Source: Octopus sinensis (lineage: Eukaryota). Taken from it: 64,000 nucleotides of DNA. Position 1 is the stretch's first letter, and the number at the start of each line of letters is the position of its first letter. This document shows positions 54,801 to 64,000 of the stretch, in pieces. The notes under the pieces were generated by a model. The model worked only from the letters and a program-made list of their open reading frames with translations. It did not search any database and was not told the origin of the DNA. The position numbers and the translations under genes are program-made. The DNA lies in NCBI RefSeq assembly GCF_006345805.1, contig NW_021833435.1, forward strand, positions 1 through 64,000, in the 5' to 3' direction.

Positions 54801-57544
54801 TGACTTGATATTCATCTTCTTTGAATTTCAGAAAAACTGAAGTGTACAAAAATCAAACATACAGACTATTTGTGCATGTGCTAGAATAACAAAATTATTA
54901 CCAAGTCAATTGGTCTCTTGGTTAAATCATAGGCCTTTTGACAGCCAGTGAGAAGGATCAAGTTAACTAATCAATTAGTTTCAGCTTTTGTTAAAGCCAT
55001 CGTCAGGATTTGATTACTTGTTTACTGAGACACAAAAGTGTGCACCACTGACTGAACCAGACCTGACCTAATTTACATAAATGTTGCTAGAGTGGTTGAG
55101 CGTATTAATGAACTGCTACACTGACACAGCATATATGAGATTAGCTTCATAAACAGTTCCAATTTTGTATTTAATAAGCATATCTATATTCCCGTATGCC
55201 CATGGGCATATGGCGTAGTGGTAAAGAGTGCAAGCTACTAACCTCAAGATTCCGAATTCGATTCTAAGCAGTGACCTAAACAATAATAATAATAACATTG
55301 AAAAATACCTTAGGAATGAGAACCCAGGTTCGAAATTTCCCCAAGATAACTGAAGAAGGCTGTATTAACAACAAAGCTGAAGACAAATATCCGTCAAATG
55401 TAAATAATGTACATAATTCCTCATCTCTTAAATATAAAACTGTAATATCTATATCCATCTGCCTATCTGGCTATCATCTTCATCATTTTAATGTTGACTT
55501 CTCCATGCTTGATTCAACTACTTTGAATGCTTTACAGTTAATATGGTTTACAAGAGCTGCTGGCTCTGTTGTCAGTATGATATCTGCCAACCAGCTGAAG
55601 AGTCAGAGTTTATACTCTGTAAGCATTACTGCTCTATGTTTACAATGAAGGCACTTTACTCTGTTACATATCATAGACTGGAACTGTCTACTCCAGTAAT
55701 CAGCATCTACATTATATAAGTTCTAAGATCCTTATTTTCGTTTCTGCTGCCATCATTCCACACTGGACTCAATATTAATGAATGTAAGTTATATATCTTT
55801 TTCTCATTTGATGTTTTATCTTTTCAGGGGAATGTCCCTTCATTAATTGGTTTACTAACGAAATATAAGATGCTGCAGCCTGATAAATTAGGGCTGTCAC
55901 TTCCAAAATATCAAGTAATTTTCTTTTTGTTTTTTCCATTTTTTTAACTATCAGTTTTACTTACACAAAGCTGCAAACACATAATGCTGTGCTCCAGCAT
56001 GGCCTGAAATATATATACATAAATATTATTACTGCCATTTATTATCATTTTAAAGGCAGGTAACTGACAGAATTGCTTGCAAACCAGGCAAGATGCTTAC
56101 TGTAAATCCTTGAGTATAATCCGCATTTTTTCCCCAAAATTTAAAGGTCAAAATCCTTAGAGCATACTATGTACAAGGTTAAAAATGAAAAATATATTCT
56201 AAGCAATGTCCGAGTCTCTATTTGCTGTTTGGCAATGTTTATTCAGACGCATTTTGTGATGTCGGGCGCGAAAATACCTTAAGCTAAGCCTGAAAGCAAT
56301 GAAGTCATAAAAGAATCATCTATAACTTGCAGTAAGCAACATTTATTAAAATAAAAGTATTCAGAACACAGAATAACATGTAACAAAAACAATTTGCAAA
56401 CATATTTACATTCCCATATAACAGTTAAGAACATCACCATTATTGTATTATGCATGCGCGGAAGTGTTTGTTCGACTGGCTTAATTACGCACGACTCAAG
56501 TTAGAGAAGGAGTGTGTATTATACACAAGGTTTAGGTTTTCCAGAGGTACAGCCCCCTAAAAATCTCCTGCGTATTATACTCAAGGGTGGACTATACTCA
56601 AAGATTTACGGTAATGGTATTTCTCCTGTCTCTTCACATCCCAAGTTTGTTATACAACCAACAACTATGTTCTTTTTTATTCATATATCAATTTAATATC
56701 ACGCTATCGATATACAGCTGATTTAGTGCCTTTTGACATCTTTCTGCATCTCTATCTTCTCCAGGAAGCTATGCAATTCATCTTCTATGAGGCTAGTTAA
56801 TTTTTCAAATAATAGTAAGCATGGCAAAACATAGATCTATATTTACTAATCTACCCTCGCTTTTCTTTATCCGTCTGTACTTGCACTGTATGCCAGGTAC
56901 ATGCATCACAACCACACGTGCAAAAATGGTGACCTCCTATCAAGACAAAATGTGCATGACATTACAGGTGGGGACCGAGTTTGAATTTTCTTCGGATTGA
57001 GTAGCCCCTCATGCTCAAAAGGTCCCTGAATAAGTGCTGTTTAAGGCTAAGGAATAAAACACCTTTGTTTCCACGGGTGAATTATTCAAGCACCCCCCCC
57101 CCCCCCAAACCCTCTCAATACATGGCTATGATGCTCCCTCACTATTCTTGCTTTGATCAGAGATGCACATATCGTCAGCCACTAAGGGACATGCTCAACT
57201 GGTTGTGGTGAAACAGATGACAAGCAAATCTGTGGTATTACCGAACATGACATTTGCTGTGGTCCATTTTTTGTACCAAGGCAAAACCTGTTTATGTTAA
57301 CACTCCCAATCAGTTAACATCAGAAGCCATGAGAACTGCTGCCTCTTATTGCATCGGGGCATTTATTATTATTATTAGTAGTAGTAATTCCTCTTGCTCT
57401 TTAATTTTTGAGTTCAAATTCCTCTAAAGTCAGCTTTGTCTTTTGTCCTTTCAGCATAAATAAAATAAGCACCAGCTTAGATGTAATCAACTAATCCTCC
57501 CCCATTGAAAATTGCTGCCCTTGTGCCAAAATTTGAAACCATTG

Positions 57545-57579
<35 letters not shown>

Positions 57580-60500
57580 GTTGGTGCTCTCTATTCTACT
57601 TTTCAGCGCTTTTATAGATCACCAAATTCAAAAATGCAAAAGATTATCCAAGCTGTTCAGCTACGAAGGGGACTGGAATTAAAAGCTTTAGCACAGAAAT
57701 CTGTTAATAGTCCAGTAAGGTTTTTTTCTTTTCTTTTTTTTTTCAATGTTTTTATCTGTCTTTGATTTTAAAAAAATACTGTCGAGATTAAGTTACATAT
57801 GCTAACATGCTAACTTAAAGATAGCATTTTGGCAGTGACATATATAAGTAAATCAATTATCCAGAGTATATTTTTTGTGTGAAGTAAGTAAAATATATTA
57901 AACACAGTTGGAGAATGGCAGGAGCAGGGTTAAGAATTACTGATGTGGAGATTCCTGCAGTGATTAATCAACGGTCACCCTCATTCAGTACACTTTTGAT
58001 CAAAGGCTTCCAACCACAATCATCTGTTCTCTTATATAGCGGAGACCACGACTGAGGCTGTTCCCATGTGTGGTTAGACACTGATGAGCCTTCATAGAAA
58101 TTGTAAATACAAATTGAGATATTACAATAAGCTAAAAGTAGCTACTTGAACCATTTTGATTGACTTCGCGCACACACCACTTTTATTTTTTTCAGTATGC
58201 TTGTTTGAAGCGATCACTTCGGAAACAAATTTATGCAGATTGTAAACAAACACAAAATGGGGGATCAAAGTTTGGAAAATTTGTGAAGCAAATACTGGGT
58301 ACTGTTGTGGATTTAGTTTTTATACAGGGAAACTAATGTTAGTCAGCACGGCTTAGGGTACGATGTGGTCTGGAAGTTATTGTTTGAAGCGATCAATGTG
58401 GAAACAAATTTACGCAGATTGTAAACAAACACAAAATGGGGGATCAAAGTTCGGAAAATTTGTGAAGCAAAAATACTGAGTACTGCGGTGGGTTTAGTTT
58501 TTATACAGGGAAAATAATGTTAGTCGGCATGGTCTAGGGGACGATGTGGTCTGGAATTTATCACTTCCATACCATAACCAGGGCTGTATATTATTTTTTG
58601 ACTGGTCAAACTTACGGTGGATTCCAGTATTTCAGTTTATTCCACCTTTATGGTACACCTGTTGTGCATTAAATTCAATTGATGATCTAGTGATGTGCAC
58701 AATTCTTCTTTATCAAAATTTTGTTGCATCACCATTTGAATATTAGCTGATGATTCATTTTCTATGGTGATGTTTAAACAAAATTTTAATATTTTTACCT
58801 TTTGCTCAATTTACCTGGATTTACCTGTAATTAAAGTCACTTTGAGACAAAAGTTATGCAATAGAATTGATTAAGAACCCTTTCTTTAATTATGTTCCAA
58901 ATATCACATTAATATGTTGATAAGTAAAAAAGTTACAGTTATTTAATGAAACAAGCCTAAATTCATGATTATTTTAGAATTTAATTGAAATTCATGAGGG
59001 GTGTATTTTGGTCAGAAATATTGTAACGAAAGGGTTAAATTATGATGATGTGCTTGAAAGGTGATGGTTGTTATTCTCCTTTCCAAAGTGAAGAAAACAT
59101 TTGTTTATCTTTCATGATTTCATTTCCAAGATTCACAATGCCATATACCAGTGGTTCTCGACCATTTTTTTTATTTGTGGAACCCTTTGAGTTCTATTTT
59201 ACTTGGGTGGACCTTCATTGCCAGTCAGTGTTTAAAAACATTTTTGTATTGTTTAAAACATGTATATATATTTTTATTATGTTTCTATTATAACGGTGAT
59301 TATCTGGTTTATAATGGTTTTGACTTGGAAGAGATAATAAATATATATTTTTCTTGAGTAGGAATCTATGGTGATAAACGTGTCACTTATAACTTAATCA
59401 TAAGCATTTATCACCATGCATAAGTCTTAACTGAGGCTGTATAACTGCTGTGGGGAATTATACACACCACAAGACGCTGAACATGCTTGCTTTTTGTTTT
59501 TCACCTCTATAACAACAGTTTCATACTTGCAGAAATAAATTTCATCGACAGGTTGAAGAAAATGAAGAAAAAGAAATTATTTACTAAATTAGTTTGTTTA
59601 CAGTACATTTATAAGTCAAAAGAAAAATGTCATAGTGAATTACGACATAAAATTTATATTAACTAATTCTTCCATAACTAAGCTACAAGAGTTTTAAACA
59701 ATTCAAAATAGCCTTGTTGAATTATATAAAAGACTTGGCATTGCAATGACCACTATCTCAAGTGAGTGAGTGCCGTGGAATTGAGTGACAACCAATGAAC
59801 ACTGATTAATTTCCCCAAAATCAGGGTTTTTAAAGCTGTTCCTACCTGAATACTAAGAACTGTATTTTGTGAAAGATTTCTCTTTGATGAAAGTTAGAAT
59901 TCAAATATGGGCAGTAATTTTAACCAATAGGAAACTAATAATTATACCTATTCGGGCAACATGACCATTACATCATATTACCGCCGATAAGGGTTTATTA
60001 GGACTTGCATCGTTACACTGTATTTAAAAACATTTTATATGTTTATAATTAAATATTATTAGTATCCGAGTTGACAGTACCTTGGTAGATAAAGCAATTA
60101 AGAGTATGAAGACAGGTAAAGCCCCCGGCCCATCAGGAATCACTGCAGAGATGCTCAAAATATCTGGCAGTGTCGGCTATAGCCTAGTCAGCTGTATAGT
60201 TAACCAGGTGATACACGAAGGAGTCATACCCAATGACTGGTGTAGCAGCACTATAGTCAATTGCTACAAAGGTAAAGGTAACGCTTTCGATACAAATAAT
60301 TAGAGAGGTATCAAGATATTGGATCAAGTAATGAAGGTCATGGAGAGGGTTATAGCCCAACTAATTAGGGAGAGAGTCAGTTTACATGAGATGCAGTTTA
60401 GGTTCGTGCCAGGGAAAAGCACCCACTACACTCTCGGAGTGGTTGGCGTTAGGAAGGGCATCCAGCTGTAGAAACTCTTCCAGATCAGATTGGAGCCTGG

Positions 60501-63500
60501 TGCAGCTATCTGGTTTGCCAGTCCTCTGTCAAATCGTCCAACCCATGCCAGCATGGAAAATGGACGTTAAACGATGATGATGATGAATTGTATAAAAGAA
60601 ATTTTAATATTTTGTGTATTATAGAAATATAACCAATTTATTGCACATGATTTGTTTAATGAGCAAAATCTCATATGGGCCCCACTTGAGAGCCACTGCC
60701 GTAAACGTTTTATGAGGAATGTTACAAGTTTAGTAATGTGTCCTTTTCACTGAAACTTCTCAAGTTCTGATAGTGACTCAGCAATTAGAGCAAGGTCATC
60801 AGCATAGAGGAGCTCCCAGGGGATCCTGTCTTGAATTCCTCCATTATTGCTTGGAGGACTATGATAAATAGGAGGAGGCTGAGGACTGAACCTTGGTGGA
60901 CCCCAACCTCTCTTAAAGTGAAATAATATCATTATCTTGTTTTTCAGGTTCGAAAGAAAGCCAAACTGAGTAAATTAATTCCTCAGGTTCAATCTTCAGT
61001 AAATGATTATGTACCAACTTCTGATATTGTGAGGCCGGACCACTTTCCTGAAACTGTTTCATTCAACAGGATACTCACATTTGAAGACCTTCTTCAGTAT
61101 ATCGATCAAATTCAAGTAAGAGCAGCTTTTCTTCCTTATTTTCCTTCCCATTTTGATTAAATAAACCTTATGTGAGAAACACGGATTTAGGTAATTAACA
61201 AATGTTTCTTAAAGATAACACAGTCAATAAATAATGCAAGACATGTATAATGTGTGGGGGTTTATACTGGGTAATGTGATACTGAGGTATGTGATCCCTA
61301 CTCATAACTGCTGACGGATCGGCTGTATGGTAAGTAGCTTGCTTACCAACCACATGGTTCCATGTTCAGTCCCTCTGCGTGGCACCTTGGGCAAGTGTCT
61401 TCTACTATGGCCTTGGACCGACCAAAGCCTTGTGAGTGGAGTTGGTAGACAGAAACTGAAAGAAGCCCGTCGTATATGTGTATGTTTGTGTGTCTGTGTT
61501 TGTCCCCCCAACATCGCTTGACATCCCCGTAACTTAGTGGTTTGGCAAAAGGGACCGATAGAATAAGTACTAGACTTCCAAAGAATAAGTCCTGGGGTCG
61601 ATTTGCTTGACTAAAAGCGGTGCTCCAGCATGGCCACAGTCCAATGACTGAAACAAGTAAAAGAGTAAAAGTATAAGTTTGTGTTATTAGACCCTAGTAG
61701 TTCAGTTTGCTTTCAATTTTTATTACTAGTAACACTTATTGTGATTGTGTCTAGTGGACTTAGGCTTAGCTGACTCTTTAGTGTATGGCTGCATCAGATG
61801 CAGAGCAATTTTTTGATACAATAAAGAATAAGTGTTGCATATCTTTTATACCAATAAGTATCAGGTTGGAATGAAAGTTACGTCTGATTGTAAAGTTTTT
61901 ATTTATGTTTCTAGAAATATTTAATTATTCTCATAATGACCATTCCTTCATAGAACCTTATTTCATTTGTCAACAAGCTTATAGATGCTGTGATTGTAAA
62001 ATGCTTTAGTTTTTGATGCAAAGTATGATACCAATTATTTTCAGCCTCTTCTCCTGATGTCAACCTAAGACCATCCAAGTGATTCTGTGATAATCATGGG
62101 GTGCAAGGACAGGAGAATATGGACGATGAAGCAATTTCTCTCAACAGAGCTCTTCCAAGGGATCTTCTGTCAATTGTGTAGTATGTGGGTGAGCATTATC
62201 GTGATGCACACACACACATACTCACACACACACACACAAACGTGGCGAGCTGGCAGAAACGTTAGCACACCAGGCGAAATGCTTAGCAGTATTTCGTGTG
62301 TCTTTATGTTCTGAGTTCAAATTCCGCCAAGGTCGACTTTGCTTTTCATCCTTTCGGGGTTGATAAATCAAGTACCTATTTCTTTACTACCCACAAGGGG
62401 CTAAACACAGAAGGGACAAACAAGGACAGACAAACGGATGTCGATTTTATCGACCCCAGTGCGTAACTGGTACTTATTTAATCGGCCCTGAAAGGATGAA
62501 AGGCAAAGTCGACCTTGGCGGAATTTGAACTCAGAACGTAGCGATAGACGAAATACTGCTGACCATTTCGCCCGCGTGCTAACGTTTCTGCCAGCTCGCA
62601 AGTACTATTTAAGTACTGGGTTCGATCTAATCTACTGGCCGCCTCCCCAAAAATTTTGGACCTTGTGCCTGGAGTAGAAAAGATTAACGTGATGCAGAAT
62701 GACTCCCTTTCTGTTAGGATGGGTGATTTTTGTCCAAAGCTGCTTTCAAACGATGAAGTTGATTGCAGTAAAGATTGGTGTCTAACAGTTTGTAATGGAT
62801 AATTTCCTGAATATTCCACCATACATTCCTCAGGATCTTCTTTGGATGAAGTCATCCTCTTGGTTGCTGAGCTGGTCTGCTTCCTCAACTGATTCATTGA
62901 CATCAATGTTAAATACTATGATAAAGGATCCACTTCTCAACACCAGTAACAAGCCTCTCCAAAAATGGCATGTGACACTTGTCGTGTAAGCAATGACTCA
63001 CAACAAGCAATAAATTGTTGCAGATTCTCTTGAGATGGGTCGTGCGGGACCTATTTTCCAACTACTGAAGCCTTGCCAATTCTTATCAGTTCGCATAGGA
63101 TAGTTGTATGGCTTGCTTTGAATTTCTTGGCTAGTTCCCTAGCACTAGGAACAGGGTTTGCTGTGATAACATCTTCCAGCTCTTGGGAATCAAAAGCTTT
63201 CAGATGATCTTTCTTTGGCTCATTGCCTAAGTTTCCACTTTGAAAACAGGGGAAACCAATTCCTGCAACTTCTTTCATTTACTACATCTCCTAAGTACTC
63301 TGAATGGAATTTGCTGCTGCTGCACTCACGTTGACACCTTTATGAAACTTGCATGGTAAAGCACATCTAATGTGTTCTTTGATTGAAGTGAACATCAAAG
63401 AAGACTGTGAGCAATATTCTTTTAGCCTGAAAGAAGAAAATATAAATTACTCTTTGTTTCATTCCATGATTGACAACAAGAAGCAATACTTTAATAAATG

Positions 63501-64000
63501 TTGTCTAAAATTTCATTTAGAAAATCGAACTAAACTTTCATTCCAACCTGATACAATGCCGTATTTATGGCATAAAAGACACACCAGCATATTCAACACA
63601 CCCTAATCTCAGCTGTGCCTATTTTGGAAAAAGTAAGCATCAGGAACGAAATTAGTTTATGGGACCTGGGGTCACTTTTTGAGAGCTTTCTTTTATTAAA
63701 AATGTCTGTCTTCATTGGTAAATACAGTATTTAAACAGTATCGGTAAATACTGTTTATTTAAAGAATGCTGATCAGAAGAAATCTAACAATTAGAGCTAA
63801 ACTTTTTCCAGGTGTAAAAAGTACAGCATGGGATCATTTGCAATGTTTTGTCAAAGAGTAAGTGATTCTTGGTCTTTTCATAAATATCTTTTTTAATCTT
63901 TAATTGTAGCTCCCAATTCAAATGGGTTCTGTGATTGATAATCCGTTGCTTCAGTACCTGATCACATACAACAAAAACCGACACATAACAGGCCAGTTTA
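33803..64000 (+). CDS. CENPI: CENP-I paralog B, spliced gene (exons 1-9 in window, continues beyond 64000)
   Basis: Exons 33803-33905, 42459-42590, 49640-49770, 50964-51071, 54122-54217, 55828-55914, 57607-57714, 60948-61115, 63910->64000. Exons 1-8 have the same lengths, phases and GT-AG sites as copy A exons 1-8; exon 9 has the same acceptor and phase and is cut by the window edge. No stop or frameshift in 1024 nt. Confidence 0.88.
34088..34268. mobile_element. hAT-type MITE
   Basis: TIR CAGTGCTTTTCAA...TTGAAAAACCACTG with perfect 8-bp TSD GTGTAGAT. Confidence 0.9.
41059..41277. mobile_element. hAT-type MITE, same family as 34088-34268, opposite orientation
   Basis: CAGTGGTTTTCAA...TTGAAAAGCATTG with perfect 8-bp TSD CATTATAC. 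Confidence 0.9.
41887..42131 (-). mobile_element. Non-autonomous Helitron (copy B intron 1, internally deleted mirror of 27556-27851)
   Basis: Same termini and identical flanks on both sides. Confidence 0.8.
42459..42590 (+). CDS. CENPI: CENP-I copy B exon 2 (E-SSFKKPRGKLKTCIVNVKVCARAVGLSHEDILGLVNVAASLRY)
   Basis: ctttacag|AA ... ATATG|gtgaga; 132 nt. Confidence 0.88.
43138..43660. repeat. 30-bp minisatellite, about 17-18 units, inverted paralog of 26282-26556
   Basis: Units such as GTGCACCTTGATGCAGCTGTCCTCATCCAT. Confidence 0.85.
44019..44726 (+). mobile_element. Tigger/pogo-like DNA transposon remnant
   Basis: Imperfect TIRs GAGTAATACCTC / GAGGGCATTACTG with TA flanks; C-terminal transposase-like CYREIYREQKTASSMQTTLDLLFKKK; absent from the mirrored copy A site near 25905. 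Confidence 0.6.
44958..48815 (-). mobile_element. R4/Dong-clade non-LTR retrotransposon (restriction-like endonuclease type), internally deleted
   Basis: Single disrupted ORF about 47920-45190. N-terminal KWSREDNKEVLEAFY block; RT remnant HLIYMDDL..FGLDKC; LKSETEGFIIAAQDQ; CCHC knuckle (CHVC...ETIDHVVSKC); RHD and PDIIL..D..P..K nuclease motifs; C-terminal GTAHILRKIL. (TAA)n at both ends; empty site in copy A at about 25205-25230. Confidence 0.88.
49640..49770 (+). CDS. CENPI: CENP-I copy B exon 3 (G-IRISCDLIQCCIPQTTFPQRAAIRLLSCINHHTISEKANTSFT)
   Basis: ccttataag|GA ... TCACG|gtgagt; 131 nt. Confidence 0.88.
50058..50290 (+). mobile_element. SINE family 2 (representative copy), nested in a family-1 SINE
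   Basis: GGCGAGCTGG..GTTCTGAGTTCAAATTCCGCCGAGG..GCAATAAAGAAATAAGA. The mirror copy 23515-23742(-) is flanked by TSD ACACACATGTATATATCT. Other copies at 24330-24552(-), 62245-62375(+), 62378-62600(-). Confidence 0.8.
50964..51071 (+). CDS. CENPI: CENP-I copy B exon 4 (KLVFHWIVLVMPYMDAYDKLHAVYNVFFYLLRNYDI)
   Basis: atttcag|AAA ... ATT|gtaagt; 108 nt. Confidence 0.9.
51650..52490 (-). mobile_element. Tc1-like transposon fragment (one TIR, DD34E remnant)
   Basis: TA-CAGGGGTTGGACAAAATAA TIR; VKHGGRSVMIWGAI...FQDDNAPIH...WPPQSP; FHRRVAIRKPLLSKKN; only in copy B. Confidence 0.85.
52495..53330 (+). mobile_element. RTE-clade LINE 3' portion (degenerate)
   Basis: FCYLSDQVSSGSGCSESVAARIRLAWAKFRELLPLL..KGRLYDAC; GRPGRHG-like C-terminus. 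A shorter mirror lies at about 22300-22640 on the minus strand. Confidence 0.8.
54122..54217 (+). CDS. CENPI: CENP-I copy B exon 5 (LPEICYILSELTLYPDVTLFRINELILLWKKT)
   Basis: ccttcag|CTC ... ACG|gtaaag; 96 nt. Confidence 0.9.
55191..55455 (+). mobile_element. tRNA-derived SINE private to copy B intron 5
   Basis: Head GGCATATGGCGTAGTGGTAAAGAGTG..GAATTCGATTC; flanking repeat ATATCTATAT; empty site near 20165 in copy A. Confidence 0.7.
55828..55914 (+). CDS. CENPI: CENP-I copy B exon 6 (GNVPSLIGLLTKYKMLQPDKLGLSLPKYQ)
   Basis: ttttcag|GGG ... CAA|gtaatt; 87 nt. Confidence 0.9.
56100..56611. mobile_element. Tc1/pogo-type MITE inserted into a SINE head
   Basis: TA-CTGTAAATCCTTGAGTATA ... TATACTCAAAGATTTACGG-TA; single-TA empty site in copy A (gatgcttaatggt, near 18640). 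Confidence 0.8.
57607..57714 (+). CDS. CENPI: CENP-I copy B exon 7 (RFYRSPNSKMQKIIQAVQLRRGLELKALAQKSVNSP)
   Basis: ttttcag|CGC ... CCA|gtaagg; 108 nt. Confidence 0.85.
58203..58561. repeat. Tandem dimer of a 179-bp unit
   Basis: GTTTGAAGCGATCA starts at 58203 and 58382; the units align end to end. Confidence 0.85.
60064..60585 (+). mobile_element. RTE LINE fragment fused directly to the RTE 3' tail
   Basis: AIKSMKTGKAPGPSGITAEMLK...NCYKGKG...QFRFVPGKST, then a jump to the tail ending (GAT)n. Confidence 0.85.
60948..61115 (+). CDS. CENPI: CENP-I copy B exon 8 (VRKKAKLSKLIPQVQSSVNDY...ILTFEDLLQYIDQIQ)
   Basis: ttttcag|GTT ... CAA|gtaaga; 168 nt. Confidence 0.9.
61861..63551 (-). mobile_element. 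Degenerate mariner spanning copy B intron 8, interrupted by SINEs and other relics
   Basis: TIR TCAGGTTGGAAT at both ends with TA flanks. N-terminal HTH relic (SQELEDVITANPVPSARELAKKFKASHTTIL) at 63051-63278 and C-terminal relic near 61930-62020. Confidence 0.7.
63910..64000 (+). CDS. CENPI: CENP-I copy B exon 9, cut by window edge (LPIQMGSVIDNPLLQYLITYNKNRHITGQF)
   Basis: aattgtag|CTC; homologous to 13663-13783 on the opposite strand. Confidence 0.9.

Noticed and set aside
62478-62989. ORFs 62478-62906(-) and 62795-62989(+)
   Set aside because: A chimera of a SINE and a stop-riddled, possibly Penelope-like relic inside a mariner; not a gene.

Overview
AT-rich, SINE/LINE/Helitron/Tc1-mariner-rich metazoan DNA. 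The repeat families and microsatellites look like an octopus (coleoid cephalopod) genome; this is an inference, not a database result. The window is dominated by a giant inverted (head-to-head) duplication of the inner-kinetochore gene CENP-I (Mis6/Ctf3 family). Copy A is on the minus strand: ATG at 31579, 13 GT-AG exons traced down to 3111, 1436 nt of open frame, 3' end presumably left of the window. Copy B is on the plus strand: ATG at 33803, 9 exons traced to the window edge at 64000. All exons keep frame and splice phase in both copies. The start codons are 2.2 kb apart across a degenerate palindrome whose unique centre is an L1/Tx1 endonuclease relic. By hand count the copies differ at 68/1024 coding nt and 40 amino acids, very unevenly: exons 1 and 7 are about 81-83% identical while exons 4-6 are about 98-99%. 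Each arm carries private transposon insertions with an empty site in the other arm. The supplied ORF track is almost entirely repeat- or microsatellite-derived and does not assemble the gene, capturing only pieces of some exons.
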